64,000 nucleotides of DNA from an uncultured Nitrososphaeraceae archaeon (lineage in GTDB: Archaea > Thermoproteota > Nitrososphaeria > Nitrososphaerales > Nitrososphaeraceae): the NCBI GenBank assembly GCA_963779615.1, contig CAVZZA010000003.1, positions 160,001 to 224,000 on the forward strand, written 5' to 3'. Of this stretch, positions 24,445-35,082 are shown piece after piece. Positions within the stretch are counted from its first letter, which is position 1. Every line of letters starts with the position of its first letter. The notes under the pieces are model-generated. The model did not search any database. It was not told the origin of the DNA and saw only the letters and a program-made list of their open reading frames with translations. The position numbers and the translations under genes were made by a program.

Positions 24445-24585
24445 TGCTTTGCTGCACGGTTTTATTATAAATCGTTTTTTGTTAACGGTTTAGACATTAT
24501 CCAAAGGGTAACTAGTCATAATTTAATATGGATTACCAGGAAAGTAACAAATTTTTAACTGTATTTCGAACCATGCAACAAAGCA
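24445..24585. mobile_element. 141-bp MITE with IS5/IS903-type TIRs
   Basis: Left TGCTTTGCTGCACGGTT vs reverse-complemented right TGCTTTGTTGCATGGTT (15/17). TCCATC occurs on both flanks (degenerate TSD). No ORF. Confidence 0.7.
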
Positions 24586-25315
24586 TTTTTTATCCATCAA
24601 AATCAACTTGTTGATGTTCAACACCTCTTTGTTTCAGGGCGGATATATTTTAATTAGGCGAATTGATAGAATTTTGTATTACCCTGATACTGGGTACAAT
24701 CCTGTTCTCATTTAGAAATTCAAAAAAAATATTGCGGTCATAGAAACAACGGGCCCGACCCGATAACTGTTCTTTTGTTATATTCCTTATTTTCATAGAT
24801 TTGATTACAATTCTCGTTTTTTATCTATAGATAGATTTTGTAAAACAGTTGACATATGGCATCTACCCTATGAGAACAAGTAATAAAGATATAGGCATAC
24901 CTTGGCAGCCTAAAACTTCTATTTGTCTTGGAATTCTTAACCTTTAATCATCTTATTCTCAATTGCATAAATTTAGTGATATATTGTTACCATGTTATTA
25001 TATATAATAACCATTATGTTAATGATGATTGTGGCAACTATTTGTAATTCGAATATGGATTTTATGCTACAGTTACATTATATTGAATTTATGTAAATAA
25101 ATATTTTGACGGGTTTATGTTATTTTTCAAATTTGAATTAATATTTTGTAATTCGATTATTCTTAAGACAAACACTATCGGAGTTTACTGCATCTAAATA
25201 CGGGTTATCATCTATCTGATGGGTCTTGAGGGGTTATGCTTAAATTTTATTGATATTGCAATGCAATGACTATTAATAGAAGTATTTAAAATATAGCTTG
25301 TCTTATTGTTTGTAG

Positions 25316-26308
25316 ATGAAATGCTTGATTCGATCTTCCTGTTCGATCAAATCCACTTCAAAATCGTTAGATTCCATGAATGTCTTGGGATTTGCCATAG
25401 GTTTTACAGGGGCAATGGTGTTGACAGCATTCGCCATTATTGCGGTGTTAGGCCAAAATGCCAATGCGCAGGCGAGTACAAATCCTATCTCCCTGGTCCG
25501 ACTTGATTTTGAGACCGGCGATTTGTCTCAATGGATTAAAGGACAAAAAACCACCACTACGACCAATAACTGTCATGAGTATGACTATCCGGGCAAAAAC
25601 AACAGACTGGAGGTTGTCAAATCCCCTGTAAAGCAGGGCAATTACTCGCTCAAAGTCACACTTACAGAAAATGCGATAGTGGTGCCAAGAACTGGCGTTA
25701 ATGGAGAGCGTGCGGAGTTGAAGTATTGTGACTCCCCTAACCATGTCCATCTGTTCAAGAATGGTGAAGATGTGTGGTATCATTGGTACACTGATTTTTC
25801 TTTCAAAAACTTTACAATTCCCATACCCGTTTCTAACAAGAATTGGCATGTTTGGACACAATGGCACGGACTAAAAGACACAGTATATGACTTGCCCTTG
25901 GCATTTAATCTCAATGCAGACCAGCTTAATCTTAGAGTGCTTCCCCATTATTATGACAGTCAGAGTTGCTATACCATGCAAACAGGCAAATGCGGGCATC
26001 TTTGGGTGGAGAAGATAGAAAAGGGGAAATGGTATGAAATGCTTTTGCACGTAAAGTGGTCAACCGGAAATAACGGCTTGGTGGAAGGATGGATGAAAAA
26101 AGACGGAGCAAATAAAATACCATTTGTAACATACAAAGGCAATACCCTTGATCCAACTGGTTCTGAAGGAGTATACCTAAAACAGGGACTTTATCGCAAC
26201 CCGAGCATAAATGTAGGACAGGTAGTGTGGCATGATGGCATGGTTATTGCAAAGTGCCCTACAAATACCACCAAATTTAATCCGTCCACAAATAAATGTG
26301 ATTCATGA
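25316..26308 (+). CDS. Secreted polysaccharide-lyase-like (heparin lyase I / jelly-roll) protein
   Basis: Signal peptide; DFETGDLSQW, ERAEL, WTQWHG, GKWYEMLLHVKWS..G.VEGW, YLKQGLYR; start possibly at 25376. Confidence 0.75.
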   Translation: MKCLIRSSCSIKSTSKSLDSMNVLGFAIGFTGAMVLTAFAIIAVLGQNANAQASTNPISLVRLDFETGDLSQWIKGQKTTTTTNNCHEYDYPGKNNRLEVVKSPVKQGNYSLKVTLTENAIVVPRTGVNGERAELKYCDSPNHVHLFKNGEDVWYHWYTDFSFKNFTIPIPVSNKNWHVWTQWHGLKDTVYDLPLAFNLNADQLNLRVLPHYYDSQSCYTMQTGKCGHLWVEKIEKGKWYEMLLHVKWSTGNNGLVEGWMKKDGANKIPFVTYKGNTLDPTGSEGVYLKQGLYRNPSINVGQVVWHDGMVIAKCPTNTTKFNPSTNKCDS

Positions 26309-27246
26309 TGAAGAATTGCACTGATGGACCTGTGTTATTAGTTATCGCTTCATTAAGTTTCCTTATTATTTTTAATATTGGAGAAGGGATTTTTGCGTTA
26401 CCTGTGGATTTTAATTTTGGTGCCTCTGGAGATTGGGGTCTAGGTTCAGATGCAATTAATACCGCCAAAAATATGAAAAATCATGGGGTAGAATTAGTTC
26501 TTGGGCTAGGAGATTATGCGTATAATGAAGGGGGGACTGCCGTAAATACATGGTGGAACAACGTTAAAACCGGTTTAGGAAACAACCCTAAATGGATCGG
26601 AGCACTCGGAAACCATGACGTCAATGACCAAACTGCATATTTGAATAAGTTCAACCAGAACAAGTGGTGGTTTAGCTATGACTATCAAAATACCCATTTT
26701 TTAGCACTAAACCCTTACGGTGAAAACTATGGTGTAAATTCAGATCAGTATAACTTTGTAAAGAACGACTTGGCAAAAGCAGCATCAAACCCCAACATAA
26801 AATGGATTCTCGTATTTCTCCATCCGCCTATGTACACATCCCCCTCCGCTCACACCCCAGTTACCGGATTAAGAGACACCTACCATAAACTGTTTGTAAG
26901 CTACAAGGTTGATTTAGTGTTAGAAGGGCATAACCATAATTACCAAAGGACATACCCCCTGCTTTATAATGACGCTGATCCTTTCAACCCAAAATTGTCA
27001 TCCAATTACACCAAATCGTATTTTGATCCACGAGGAACGATATTTGTGATTACGGGAAAAGGTGGTGTCGGAACTCACCCTCTGAACGGAAAAAGTTATT
27101 ACACCGTGAAGCAGTTTCCAGATCCATTTGGTTATTTGAATATAGATGTTGGAAAAAACCCTGAAGGCTATCCTACACTTACAGGTTCTTTTATTGCAAA
27201 TGACGGTACAATAAAGGATCAATTCAGCATCAGGAAAAACCCGTGA
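26305..27246 (+). CDS. Secreted metallophosphoesterase (purple acid phosphatase-like)
   Basis: GDWG, GDYAY, GNHD, HPPMY, GHNHNYQR; ATGA overlap with the upstream gene. Confidence 0.9.
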   Translation: MMKNCTDGPVLLVIASLSFLIIFNIGEGIFALPVDFNFGASGDWGLGSDAINTAKNMKNHGVELVLGLGDYAYNEGGTAVNTWWNNVKTGLGNNPKWIGALGNHDVNDQTAYLNKFNQNKWWFSYDYQNTHFLALNPYGENYGVNSDQYNFVKNDLAKAASNPNIKWILVFLHPPMYTSPSAHTPVTGLRDTYHKLFVSYKVDLVLEGHNHNYQRTYPLLYNDADPFNPKLSSNYTKSYFDPRGTIFVITGKGGVGTHPLNGKSYYTVKQFPDPFGYLNIDVGKNPEGYPTLTGSFIANDGTIKDQFSIRKNP

Positions 27247-27933
27247 TAGCATAAAAAATGCAGTTACTGAAATATCCATAAATAACTTTTTATTTTTAAT
27301 AGCGACCTGCTACAAATTATAGGTGGGTTTAACTCAGACTTTATCTTCATACAAGTTAATTATTAGAACAATTCATTAACCAATTTCATCGGTCATTGAT
27401 TTTTCTCTGACGCATCATGACATGAATTTTGCAATTAATTCTTATTGTGTAATTTGATTATACCAAGTTTAACTCTATCAGGATTTGACGTTAAACGAGA
27501 TTACAGGCATAAATGGCCTGCAAACGACCCGGCCCATTACAAATTTGATTTTATTTATGGGCCCAGAGCCAACAATAGTAAGGAAGTGTCTGAAATGCAA
27601 TCTACAAGGAATGAAACTAAATTCGTTTTATATGATAAACTATCTTCTACGGCTGTTGCAGGTGGTGCTCCATAAACCGCTTGACAAATATTTTTATTAA
27701 TTATTAATTGCTTATACCATTTTTTAGAAAATTACTTGGATTATTCAAATGATGTTAGGGCTTGATATGTTAGGGAGCTTTATTACCGGTAGCAAGAAAG
27801 CGCTTGAGGGAAATGGAATTAGAACCACATTCTGGTGCAAATCTATACGATATAAAGAAAATGGAACTATTGACATCTATATAGAGAATATGGAAAAGGT
27901 GTATTAGCATTAAAGATTGAGTATATACATACT

Positions 27934-28179
27934 ATGCCTTTACAGATGGTAAATGACACAGATATGGAAAAATTAGAAAAACTAAAGGATAACTTGGACT
28001 GGTTTAATGAAAATCATAATCACTTTGAAAAATATTACAAAAATCAATTTGTTGCAATTAAGGACAAAAGCTTTTTGGATAAAGACACTGAACTTGAGAG
28101 ATTGGTGAAAAGACTGGAGATAAAAAATCTTGACGATTCAATTGCGATAGAGTTTGTATATGGTTTGGAAAAACCATGA
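27934..28179 (+). CDS. Small DUF5678-like protein
   Basis: WFNENHNHFEKYYKNQFVAIKD...DTELERLVKRL pattern. Confidence 0.55.
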   Translation: MPLQMVNDTDMEKLEKLKDNLDWFNENHNHFEKYYKNQFVAIKDKSFLDKDTELERLVKRLEIKNLDDSIAIEFVYGLEKP

Positions 28180-28949
28180 CCTTGATATTTAATGTCTTTA
28201 TGCAGTAAAGGATGAGAACCGTACCAACAAACAAAGCATAAGGGTGCATTTAATGATAAATCATAACTTTCAGGTTCCATCTCAGACTGTGGTAATTGCA
28301 ATAATCTTTGGAAAATCATGTTCTTAAATTCCATATCAGCCCATAATAAAAAAGGACGAATGATTTTAGATCACCAATTTACCGTTTTTCACTATCATAG
28401 ATTTATTTTGTGTTAGCAAAATTGTTAACTATTTAGTTTTATTTTTCCTTTTAAATCCTATTTTTTTTACAATTGAATTCTTTGAGAATAAATCCTTTGA
28501 AAACCTTTTAGTTTATTGTTGATGGACTAATTGAGATTTTAATAAAAAAATAATGAGCGTCAATCTTAGTTAGAAATAAGCATGACTTTGGATATGCCGT
28601 GAATGATAATTTTTTATTACATCCTTCCACAAAAAAAGGTATTACGATTTTACATTATGACGAGTTTGATTCGTATTGAGATCCAAATTTATATCCATAA
28701 ACTTTGTTTTATTTCATATCGAGTTTTCAAGCATCCATTTTGAAGTCATGTCTAAGTTTAATAATTTGTTTTGTTATTTATAATAGTATCAAATAAAAAC
28801 ACGGTAGAATACAAAGTCGTCATAATATTCATATGTTGTTTGCATGAATGTTACCTGCTGTAATGATGCTATATCCTGAGGTATAAAGTAAATTTGACGG
28901 TTTTCTAAATGCTTAAGTAATATCCTTAGTCAAATTCCGGAGATAGTGA

Positions 28950-29804
28950 ATGAATTCCACCATTCCTCCATTGAATTCTCGAGAATACAAGATAATCCTC
29001 AAACCCGATGCTTTTAAAGATAACAAGAAAGGCAGAGATAAACTTATTCATATGATTGAAAGTCAAAGTAGGAAGCAACGCGGAATGTTTGAAACAGCCA
29101 TAGAAGAAAATACGAGGAAGACATGTTATTTAGACACCAAGAAAGAGGATCTTTACGATAAAAACAAGTTTTTACTCAGGGTCAGGGAAGAACACAAGAA
29201 AGAAAACGACGGCATAAAAGGATACAGTGTTACTCTTAAAAATAGGCATCCTGATCGACTTATAGCAGTATCGTATGATGTCTCAAGTCATATAGATAAA
29301 CCAAACCCCAACCTTGACTTTAAGAAAAAAGAAAAAAAGTTTGAGGAAGACATAACAACTCCATTTATCAGCAAGTTTTCGACCTCCGTTAACCTGGATT
29401 ATGAAAAACCACCTGAGTTAAACAAATTCCAGGATTTGTTGTCAATATTTCCTAATCTGAAATTGGACGTCCCATCCAACGAAAACCTGCTCATAGTAAA
29501 CGGATTTGTAGCCAAAGAAATTTCCTGTACGTTGGGCAAACTGAAATTTGATGATGGAAGTGAGGTCAGGCTACAGTATAGTTTATGGCATTTATCAAAG
29601 AAAAAGACTCCAGTGATTGTAGAATTTGATATCGATGTAGAAGCTAAAGAACCATCAAAATCTGGTGAAACCCTCTTTGAAGGTTTTTCTCTTTTTCTTT
29701 TGACCCAAGTTTATGAATTCTATCAAGCGTTACAAAAGAAAGGGATTGCGGATCTCAAGGCACCTAAAACAAAAACACAGTTTGCATATGAACATAAAAA
29801 ATGA
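28950..29804 (+). CDS. CYTH-like (triphosphate tunnel) hypothetical protein
   Basis: N-terminal REYK, YLDT, LLRVRE, VTLKNR and a late VEFD pattern. Confidence 0.6.
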   Translation: MNSTIPPLNSREYKIILKPDAFKDNKKGRDKLIHMIESQSRKQRGMFETAIEENTRKTCYLDTKKEDLYDKNKFLLRVREEHKKENDGIKGYSVTLKNRHPDRLIAVSYDVSSHIDKPNPNLDFKKKEKKFEEDITTPFISKFSTSVNLDYEKPPELNKFQDLLSIFPNLKLDVPSNENLLIVNGFVAKEISCTLGKLKFDDGSEVRLQYSLWHLSKKKTPVIVEFDIDVEAKEPSKSGETLFEGFSLFLLTQVYEFYQALQKKGIADLKAPKTKTQFAYEHKK

Positions 29805-29965
29805 GGATGCCGTAGACAAGAAGTTACACCGTGGCACGGATAACAAAGTGATGAGACTTTTGGGACCTTGTCTTAAAAAGATATCCCAAATTGTTCTAAT
29901 TTTTTAGTAACAAGTAAATGATCTTAATTTAATTATTCCAAAAGATCGACAGTTTCTACAATCTG

Positions 29966-31025
29966 TGGTGTGTTGAATAACTACTTTCTCAAACGAGCTC
30001 ATATAGCTCCTTTTAGTAGAATGGATGTTGTCTGATAACTCCAGGAAGGACAAAAAGAAAAAACCAAAGAGGAAGGTTAACTGGCGTGAATATAATGAGT
30101 CTCTTGTTAGACGAGGTGAAATGTTGTTTGATTCTGGTTTTTTACAGAACTGGCGAGCAGAGCTAAAGAAAATGAACAAAGGAAAGGAAGGCCCTCACTT
30201 TCGCTATCCGAATTCCTTGATATCGCTGCTCGCCATCGTACATGCGTACCTACTTCCATACCGTCAATTAGAGGGCTTTCTAAGAATGATGTCAATTCAT
30301 ATAAAGAAGCTCCGGGAAACAATACCAGATTTCACAACAATCTGGTGGAGAGTAGAAAGGACAAAGATAAACCTGGATCCAAACATAAATCCAGAAAAAG
30401 ACGACATAGTGATAGCAGTTGACAGCACTGGTATCAAGGTAACAAACAGAGGCGAATGGATACTTGACAAATGGAAGAATAAAAAAAGGATGAGGAAAGG
30501 ATTTATCAAAATACACGTAGCCGTAGACATAAAGACAAAGGAGATAGTATCAATGAGTGTAACAAAAGAAGATGTTTATGATGGAAAGATGTTGAAAGAG
30601 TTGGTCGATGGTGTTTCTAAAAAGCATTCCATCAAAAAGGTATTGGCAGATGGGGGTTATGATTCTAAAGACAATTTTGGGTATCTTGATAGACTGAATA
30701 TATTACCGGTCATCAAAGTAAGAAAAAATTCATCGGTTAAGAACAACACCAGATGCATTCCACGAAAACTATCAGTAATGCAGCAACTTGAAGATATAAA
30801 GCGATGGAAGAAAAGACACGGATATGGAATGCGATGGATGGCCGAATCTGCATTCTCCTCCATCAAAAGAATGTTTGGTGAATACGTATATTCTGCAAAG
30901 TGGAACAACATCGTAAATGAACTGATGTTAAAGGCATCGATCTATAACTTGTTTATGGACAAGATGAAGACATGATGCAACACTAGCATAATTGGTTGTA
31001 TCCAAATTAGTTATTCGACAGAGCA
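29966..31025 (+). mobile_element. Complete IS5-family (IS903 group) insertion sequence, 1060 bp
   Basis: TIRs TGGTGTGTTGAATAACTA / TGCTCTGTCGAATAACTA (15/18); 8-bp TSD ACAATCTG at 29958-29965 and 31026-31033. Confidence 0.92.
30025..30975 (+). CDS. IS5-family DDE transposase
   Basis: NWREYNESLVRRG, AVDSTGIK, KIHVAVD, LADGGYD, and RWMAESAFSSIKR. Confidence 0.95.
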   Translation: MLSDNSRKDKKKKPKRKVNWREYNESLVRRGEMLFDSGFLQNWRAELKKMNKGKEGPHFRYPNSLISLLAIVHAYLLPYRQLEGFLRMMSIHIKKLRETIPDFTTIWWRVERTKINLDPNINPEKDDIVIAVDSTGIKVTNRGEWILDKWKNKKRMRKGFIKIHVAVDIKTKEIVSMSVTKEDVYDGKMLKELVDGVSKKHSIKKVLADGGYDSKDNFGYLDRLNILPVIKVRKNSSVKNNTRCIPRKLSVMQQLEDIKRWKKRHGYGMRWMAESAFSSIKRMFGEYVYSAKWNNIVNELMLKASIYNLFMDKMKT

Positions 31026-31134
31026 ACAATCTGCTTAAAGCATATATATTGTGTATAAAGTAATAGGCTCACAAAATCAATTTAAAGATACAAGTGCCAT
31101 CTGTTATTGATACTAATGATTCATTTGATGAGTC

Positions 31135-31227
31135 GCAGAGGCAACACCAAAGTTATGGCGTTACCATCGTTTTGATTATTTTCATTTAGCATTCCTTCCG
31201 TATAAGCCAAAAAGCAACACCATGTTT
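31135..31227. repeat. 93-bp dispersed repeat, copy 2
   Basis: Matches 11142-11234 with 5 mismatches. Confidence 0.9.
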
Positions 31228-31380
31228 CTTGTAATTCTTGTCTGTTGGTTACTTCTGCTACATTGATTGCTTGACACTTTTTAATATGTTCGACAATTTC
31301 AAATGAATTGGTCAAAGTTTGATTAATTTTGTATGTTCATCTATTTTCAAATAGAATCAATCATTTCCATTGCCTGTCTG

Positions 31381-33138
31381 TTATTTGCTTGCAACTACTA
31401 CCTCACCCTTCATGTCAGGATGAAACTTACAAATGTAATCATAAACTCCTGGGCTAGTAAACGTATGACTATAAGCTGTGTTGCTTATGATGGACCCTGA
31501 GTGGAATAGCTTGCCAGAGGTAAGACGATTCCAATCCTTGCCTGAGGTTACTGTATGTGCTATTACATCGACGTTTATCCAAGTTACTGTATCTCCTGCC
31601 TTTATGTTAATTGGATTTGGATCATAAGACTGTGTGCCTTTTACACCCACAATTGTGACTTTATTGGTTATGTTAGCAGGTATTGTTGATAGTGACTGTA
31701 GTTGTTGTTGTCCTTGTGAACCAAAAGTAGAAATGTTGTATGAGGTTGGGTTGGCAGCAGCAAAGCTGGTGGGCACTATTCTAAATATGGCCCCATTAGC
31801 TGTAAGACCATATAAAAAGCCATCAGGTCCTGCTTGCAAGTCAGTAATTCCGCCAAATCCCAATCCAAATCTAAGCAAAGGGATTTGTGCAGACGTTGCA
31901 GGCTTGTTCTCAATTGGTTGCCCGTTTGGATACAGCAGTTCTGTTCTATCCTCGCTTAATTTAAAATGATATATGTTGCCGTTGTTAATATCGCCTACAA
32001 ACAAATCGTCTTTGTATTGTGAACCTAATTTTTCCGAGTTTAAAAATACAAGAGCGGTAGGTCCGACAGGGTCTTCCAATTCAAACTTTGGTTCTGAATA
32101 TTGAGCATTATTTGACAAATTTACTAAAGAAGAAGGGTTTGTATGTTTAAGATGAGACTCTTTTGCAAACCCCTGTATAAGCTTCCAGCCGCTATTGAAT
32201 CCTGGATTAACTAAATTTATCTCATCTCCATATTTAGGTCCATTCTCTGTATCCCAGAGATTTCCTGTCAACGGATCAAAAGCAATACCAAAACTGTTTC
32301 GAATACCATAAGCAAAATAACTGCTTAAAGGAGGTTCATCTCCAAAAGGGCTGTTTGGAACTGATTGTCCGTTTGATGTAACCCTGAGGATACCACCGGT
32401 TCCATCAGCTTGAGGACCATTTTTTACATTCTGTGCCATAGTTTGATGGCCCCCTACATCTCCAATGACCGCATAAATGTTGCCATCAGGTCCGATTGCT
32501 ACTCTACCTCCATTATGTTCTGAACGACCTGATGATCCAAGATTAGCAGGCAGCTGCATCAATAGCGTTGGATTGACAAGTTGATTGTTAGCCCATTCAT
32601 ATCTATATACCATATTTCCTTTTGGAGGAGCGGCACCAGTGAATTCATCTCCATCTGTGGTGTCACTGCCAGCTTGTGTATAGTATAAATAAACATATCT
32701 TTTTCCATCTGGGGAAAGAGTAGGTGCTACAGCAATTCCAAGTAAGCCCCTCTCTATATAGTTTGCAACAGCAACGTCCAATACTGAATTAGGCAAAAGC
32801 TTGCCGTTGACAATTCTATCTACTTTGCCTGTGTTTTTTTCCAAGACAAGAATATCATTTGGTGCCAAAAATGCCATGCTTGTATTTCCTTTGCCAGAGG
32901 CTGGAAAAACTATTTGCACTCTTAAATTTGGGTCATTAACTGTTGGGCCAGATGGTGAGGTTGGAGCGATAGAATATTGTGCAAAAGCCTTAAAATTAGA
33001 AACTGAGAATGGCAAAAGAGATTTGTTGAGATTGTTAAATTGCGTCATTGTTAATGATGCAGATAATAACAACATTAATGAGAAAAAAGTAAAACAAGAT
33101 TTGATGAAAAACTTGTTTGATTTTAAAATAAATCTCAA
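31381..33138 (-). CDS. Secreted PQQ-dependent sugar dehydrogenase-like propeller with C-terminal cupredoxin domain
   Basis: ERGLLGIA, HNGGRVAIGPDG, YGIRNSFG, ENGP..GDEIN; type-1 Cu ligands HTVTS...YICKFHPDM. Confidence 0.9.
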   Translation of the reverse strand: MRFILKSNKFFIKSCFTFFSLMLLLSASLTMTQFNNLNKSLLPFSVSNFKAFAQYSIAPTSPSGPTVNDPNLRVQIVFPASGKGNTSMAFLAPNDILVLEKNTGKVDRIVNGKLLPNSVLDVAVANYIERGLLGIAVAPTLSPDGKRYVYLYYTQAGSDTTDGDEFTGAAPPKGNMVYRYEWANNQLVNPTLLMQLPANLGSSGRSEHNGGRVAIGPDGNIYAVIGDVGGHQTMAQNVKNGPQADGTGGILRVTSNGQSVPNSPFGDEPPLSSYFAYGIRNSFGIAFDPLTGNLWDTENGPKYGDEINLVNPGFNSGWKLIQGFAKESHLKHTNPSSLVNLSNNAQYSEPKFELEDPVGPTALVFLNSEKLGSQYKDDLFVGDINNGNIYHFKLSEDRTELLYPNGQPIENKPATSAQIPLLRFGLGFGGITDLQAGPDGFLYGLTANGAIFRIVPTSFAAANPTSYNISTFGSQGQQQLQSLSTIPANITNKVTIVGVKGTQSYDPNPINIKAGDTVTWINVDVIAHTVTSGKDWNRLTSGKLFHSGSIISNTAYSHTFTSPGVYDYICKFHPDMKGEVVVASK

Positions 33139-33176
33139 TACCTGTTTTACGACGTATTAAATTTATATTTTTTTTG

Positions 33177-33420
33177 TGCTTTGTTGCATGATTCTTAAAA
33201 TCCAATCTTACTGTCTGTCTTGCCTAAATAGACATTGTCTTGTTGTACAGTGACGCTTTTAGCATTATTTCCTGTACCGTATTTTTAAACTTGACAGAAT
33301 AAACACATATTCAATATCAAACGTTCTCTTTATTGAGGAGAACACGGTTTCGGCCGTCCATCCGTGTCCATAGCCTACACCATCCCTCCATCCTTGCAAA
33401 CCGTTTCTTTGCTCTAAAAC
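33177..33420 (-). mobile_element. 3'-terminal relic of a second IS5/IS903-group element
   Basis: Minus strand reads GWRDGVGYGHGWTAETVFSSIKRTF..EYV.SVKFKN..MLKASLYNKTMSI*, homologous to the end of the 30025 transposase; TIR-like TGCTTTGTTGCATGATT at 33177. Confidence 0.8.
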
Positions 33421-33564
33421 TGACAGTGTACCCCCGATAAGACCCTCAAAGTATCAAAATTAATGAAGCCAGACCCTTCCACAGGTAAGACAGACGATAA
33501 GAAAGTGACTCAATTTTTATCTGGCCACCAATGAGCTGCTAACACAATAAGCGTGGCTAAAGCC

Positions 33565-34081
33565 ATGCCAGCCCCGTTCAGCTCTGCCCAGACTGCATTT
33601 CGCGCACTTTACGCCTTTGGTTCGTGAATGCATCTAAAGAAGCACGGTATGCTCGATACCACTGAGTGCCAGAGGCGGGCGTTGCTGGTCAGACACGAAG
33701 AGCTGGAGGCACGGCTGAGAAAAGCGGAGGTGGTTTTCAACCTTGTTCTGCAACTTGCAAAAGGCGGAGATCCTACTGAGGACCCTACCGCACCTTGGCC
33801 CGACGATAGTCCTCGCTTAGGCATTTGCCGGCTCGGATTGGGGCGACCAACCACAGTTGAAGAAGAAATCAGCGGTCCTGTGATGCTCCAAGATCCCACA
33901 CGCCTTAAAGACGGCATGGAGGCATCTGACCGCCCCATCCTGGCTGTGCGCCCTGGCGTATATGGAAGTCCCTGTTGCTAATCGCACAGGTGGCTGGAGG
34001 GGACGTATGGCAGCCGTGGAAGGGGTTGATTCACCCCTTTTGCACCAGGAACAATCGAAAGAGAACAATACAGTATTTTAG
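33565..34081 (+). pseudogene. Catalase-related heme peroxidase (SrpA-like) C-terminal relic
   Basis: PAPFSSAQTAFRALYAF/FVNASKEARYARYH*VPEAG / ELEARL..VVFNLVLQLAKGGDPTEDPTAPWPDD...DPTRLKDGMEASDRPILAVRPGVY/EVPVANR. Confidence 0.7.
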
Positions 34082-34248
34082 ACAACACACCATGCCTTGA
34101 TAGCTACCTTCCCTTTTGCAATACGAAAGGTGGAATGAAACATCATACGTTAAGAACTTGATTGACCGTGCTTATGGATTGCATAACAGGGACGCAGCAA
34201 GGGCCTTAGCTATAGGCCCTGTTGCCTTTATTTTAGACTTGAACCATC

Positions 34249-35082
34249 TTATTCTGCAGGTTTTTTTTGGAAACGCTGACGCATTAGCTTTATTATGTCC
34301 GTGTTACGGCCAGGGTGGTAAAAAATTTCATCAGCAATCCTAGACAATTCCCTTGGCTCTATGGGCCTGTCTTTCGGAAGGCCTTGATTTGCTTTAACAA
34401 CCTCGCTTTCAAGAACACATTTGGGGGACTTTAGTGTTTCAACCTCAGCCTGACAGTCAAGAAGCTCTTCCCTCAACAAAGACACTTCGTTTTCCATTTC
34501 ACTTAATTCCTCTTTTAGTTTGCCTATTTTGTCTGCAAGAGGCCTGTTTAGACGGTATTCGTTTAAATCAGACATGGTCAGGTTATCCTCCTCAAGCCTT
34601 TGTCTAATGCGATTATCCCTTTTTGCAATCTCCCTGTCAAGGCCTTGTAGTTGCCTTGTCTTTTGACTAAGATATAGGTGGACATCCGATATCGGAATAG
34701 TCTTGCCATCTGCCCAGTCAAATGTTTCATCTATCCGCGACACAAACTCCTTTTCATCCATTCCTCGCCTAAAGCAATGTACACTTATCTCCTCAAGCAA
34801 TAACTCCATTTTCTCCTCGGGCAGCCCTATCCTATCCAACACTTTTTTTAACCTGACCGCAGAGGCGAAATCACTTACGTCAAGATCTTTCTTTCTTATC
34901 CTCAAGGCGATCTCCCTCAGCAAGTCGATGTCAGGAATGTCCTTGTCACGGGCCTGTTGGTGTATGGCCGTTACAGTCCCAGCGCCAATGCCGTTGTCTC
35001 GTGCTATTTTGCTACGCGGGGTTCCCTGAAGCCACTCATCCAATACCTTTGTTTTTATTGACTGGGGGGTCTTGGCAACCAT
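34249..35082 (-). CDS. HTH plus coiled-coil hypothetical protein
   Basis: WLQGTPRSKIARDNGIGAGTVTAI HTH-like N-terminus; heptad-rich C-terminal half. Confidence 0.75.
   Translation of the reverse strand: MVAKTPQSIKTKVLDEWLQGTPRSKIARDNGIGAGTVTAIHQQARDKDIPDIDLLREIALRIRKKDLDVSDFASAVRLKKVLDRIGLPEEKMELLLEEISVHCFRRGMDEKEFVSRIDETFDWADGKTIPISDVHLYLSQKTRQLQGLDREIAKRDNRIRQRLEEDNLTMSDLNEYRLNRPLADKIGKLKEELSEMENEVSLLREELLDCQAEVETLKSPKCVLESEVVKANQGLPKDRPIEPRELSRIADEIFYHPGRNTDIIKLMRQRFQKKPAE

Noticed and set aside
27934-28334. DUF5678-like gene as half of a two-gene toxin or protease module
   Set aside because: No intact partner ORF is visible downstream.
23627-28866. GTTAC-Nx-GTAAC-like palindromes (near 23627, 24532 and 28850) as a regulon motif
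   Set aside because: Spacer length varies from 5 to 7 and the half-sites are degenerate; not distinguishable from chance by eye.
33343-33356. UUCG-tetraloop hairpin ACGGT-TTCG-GCCGT as an ncRNA
   Set aside because: It lies within the antisense strand of the IS5 transposase relic (WTAETVF codons).
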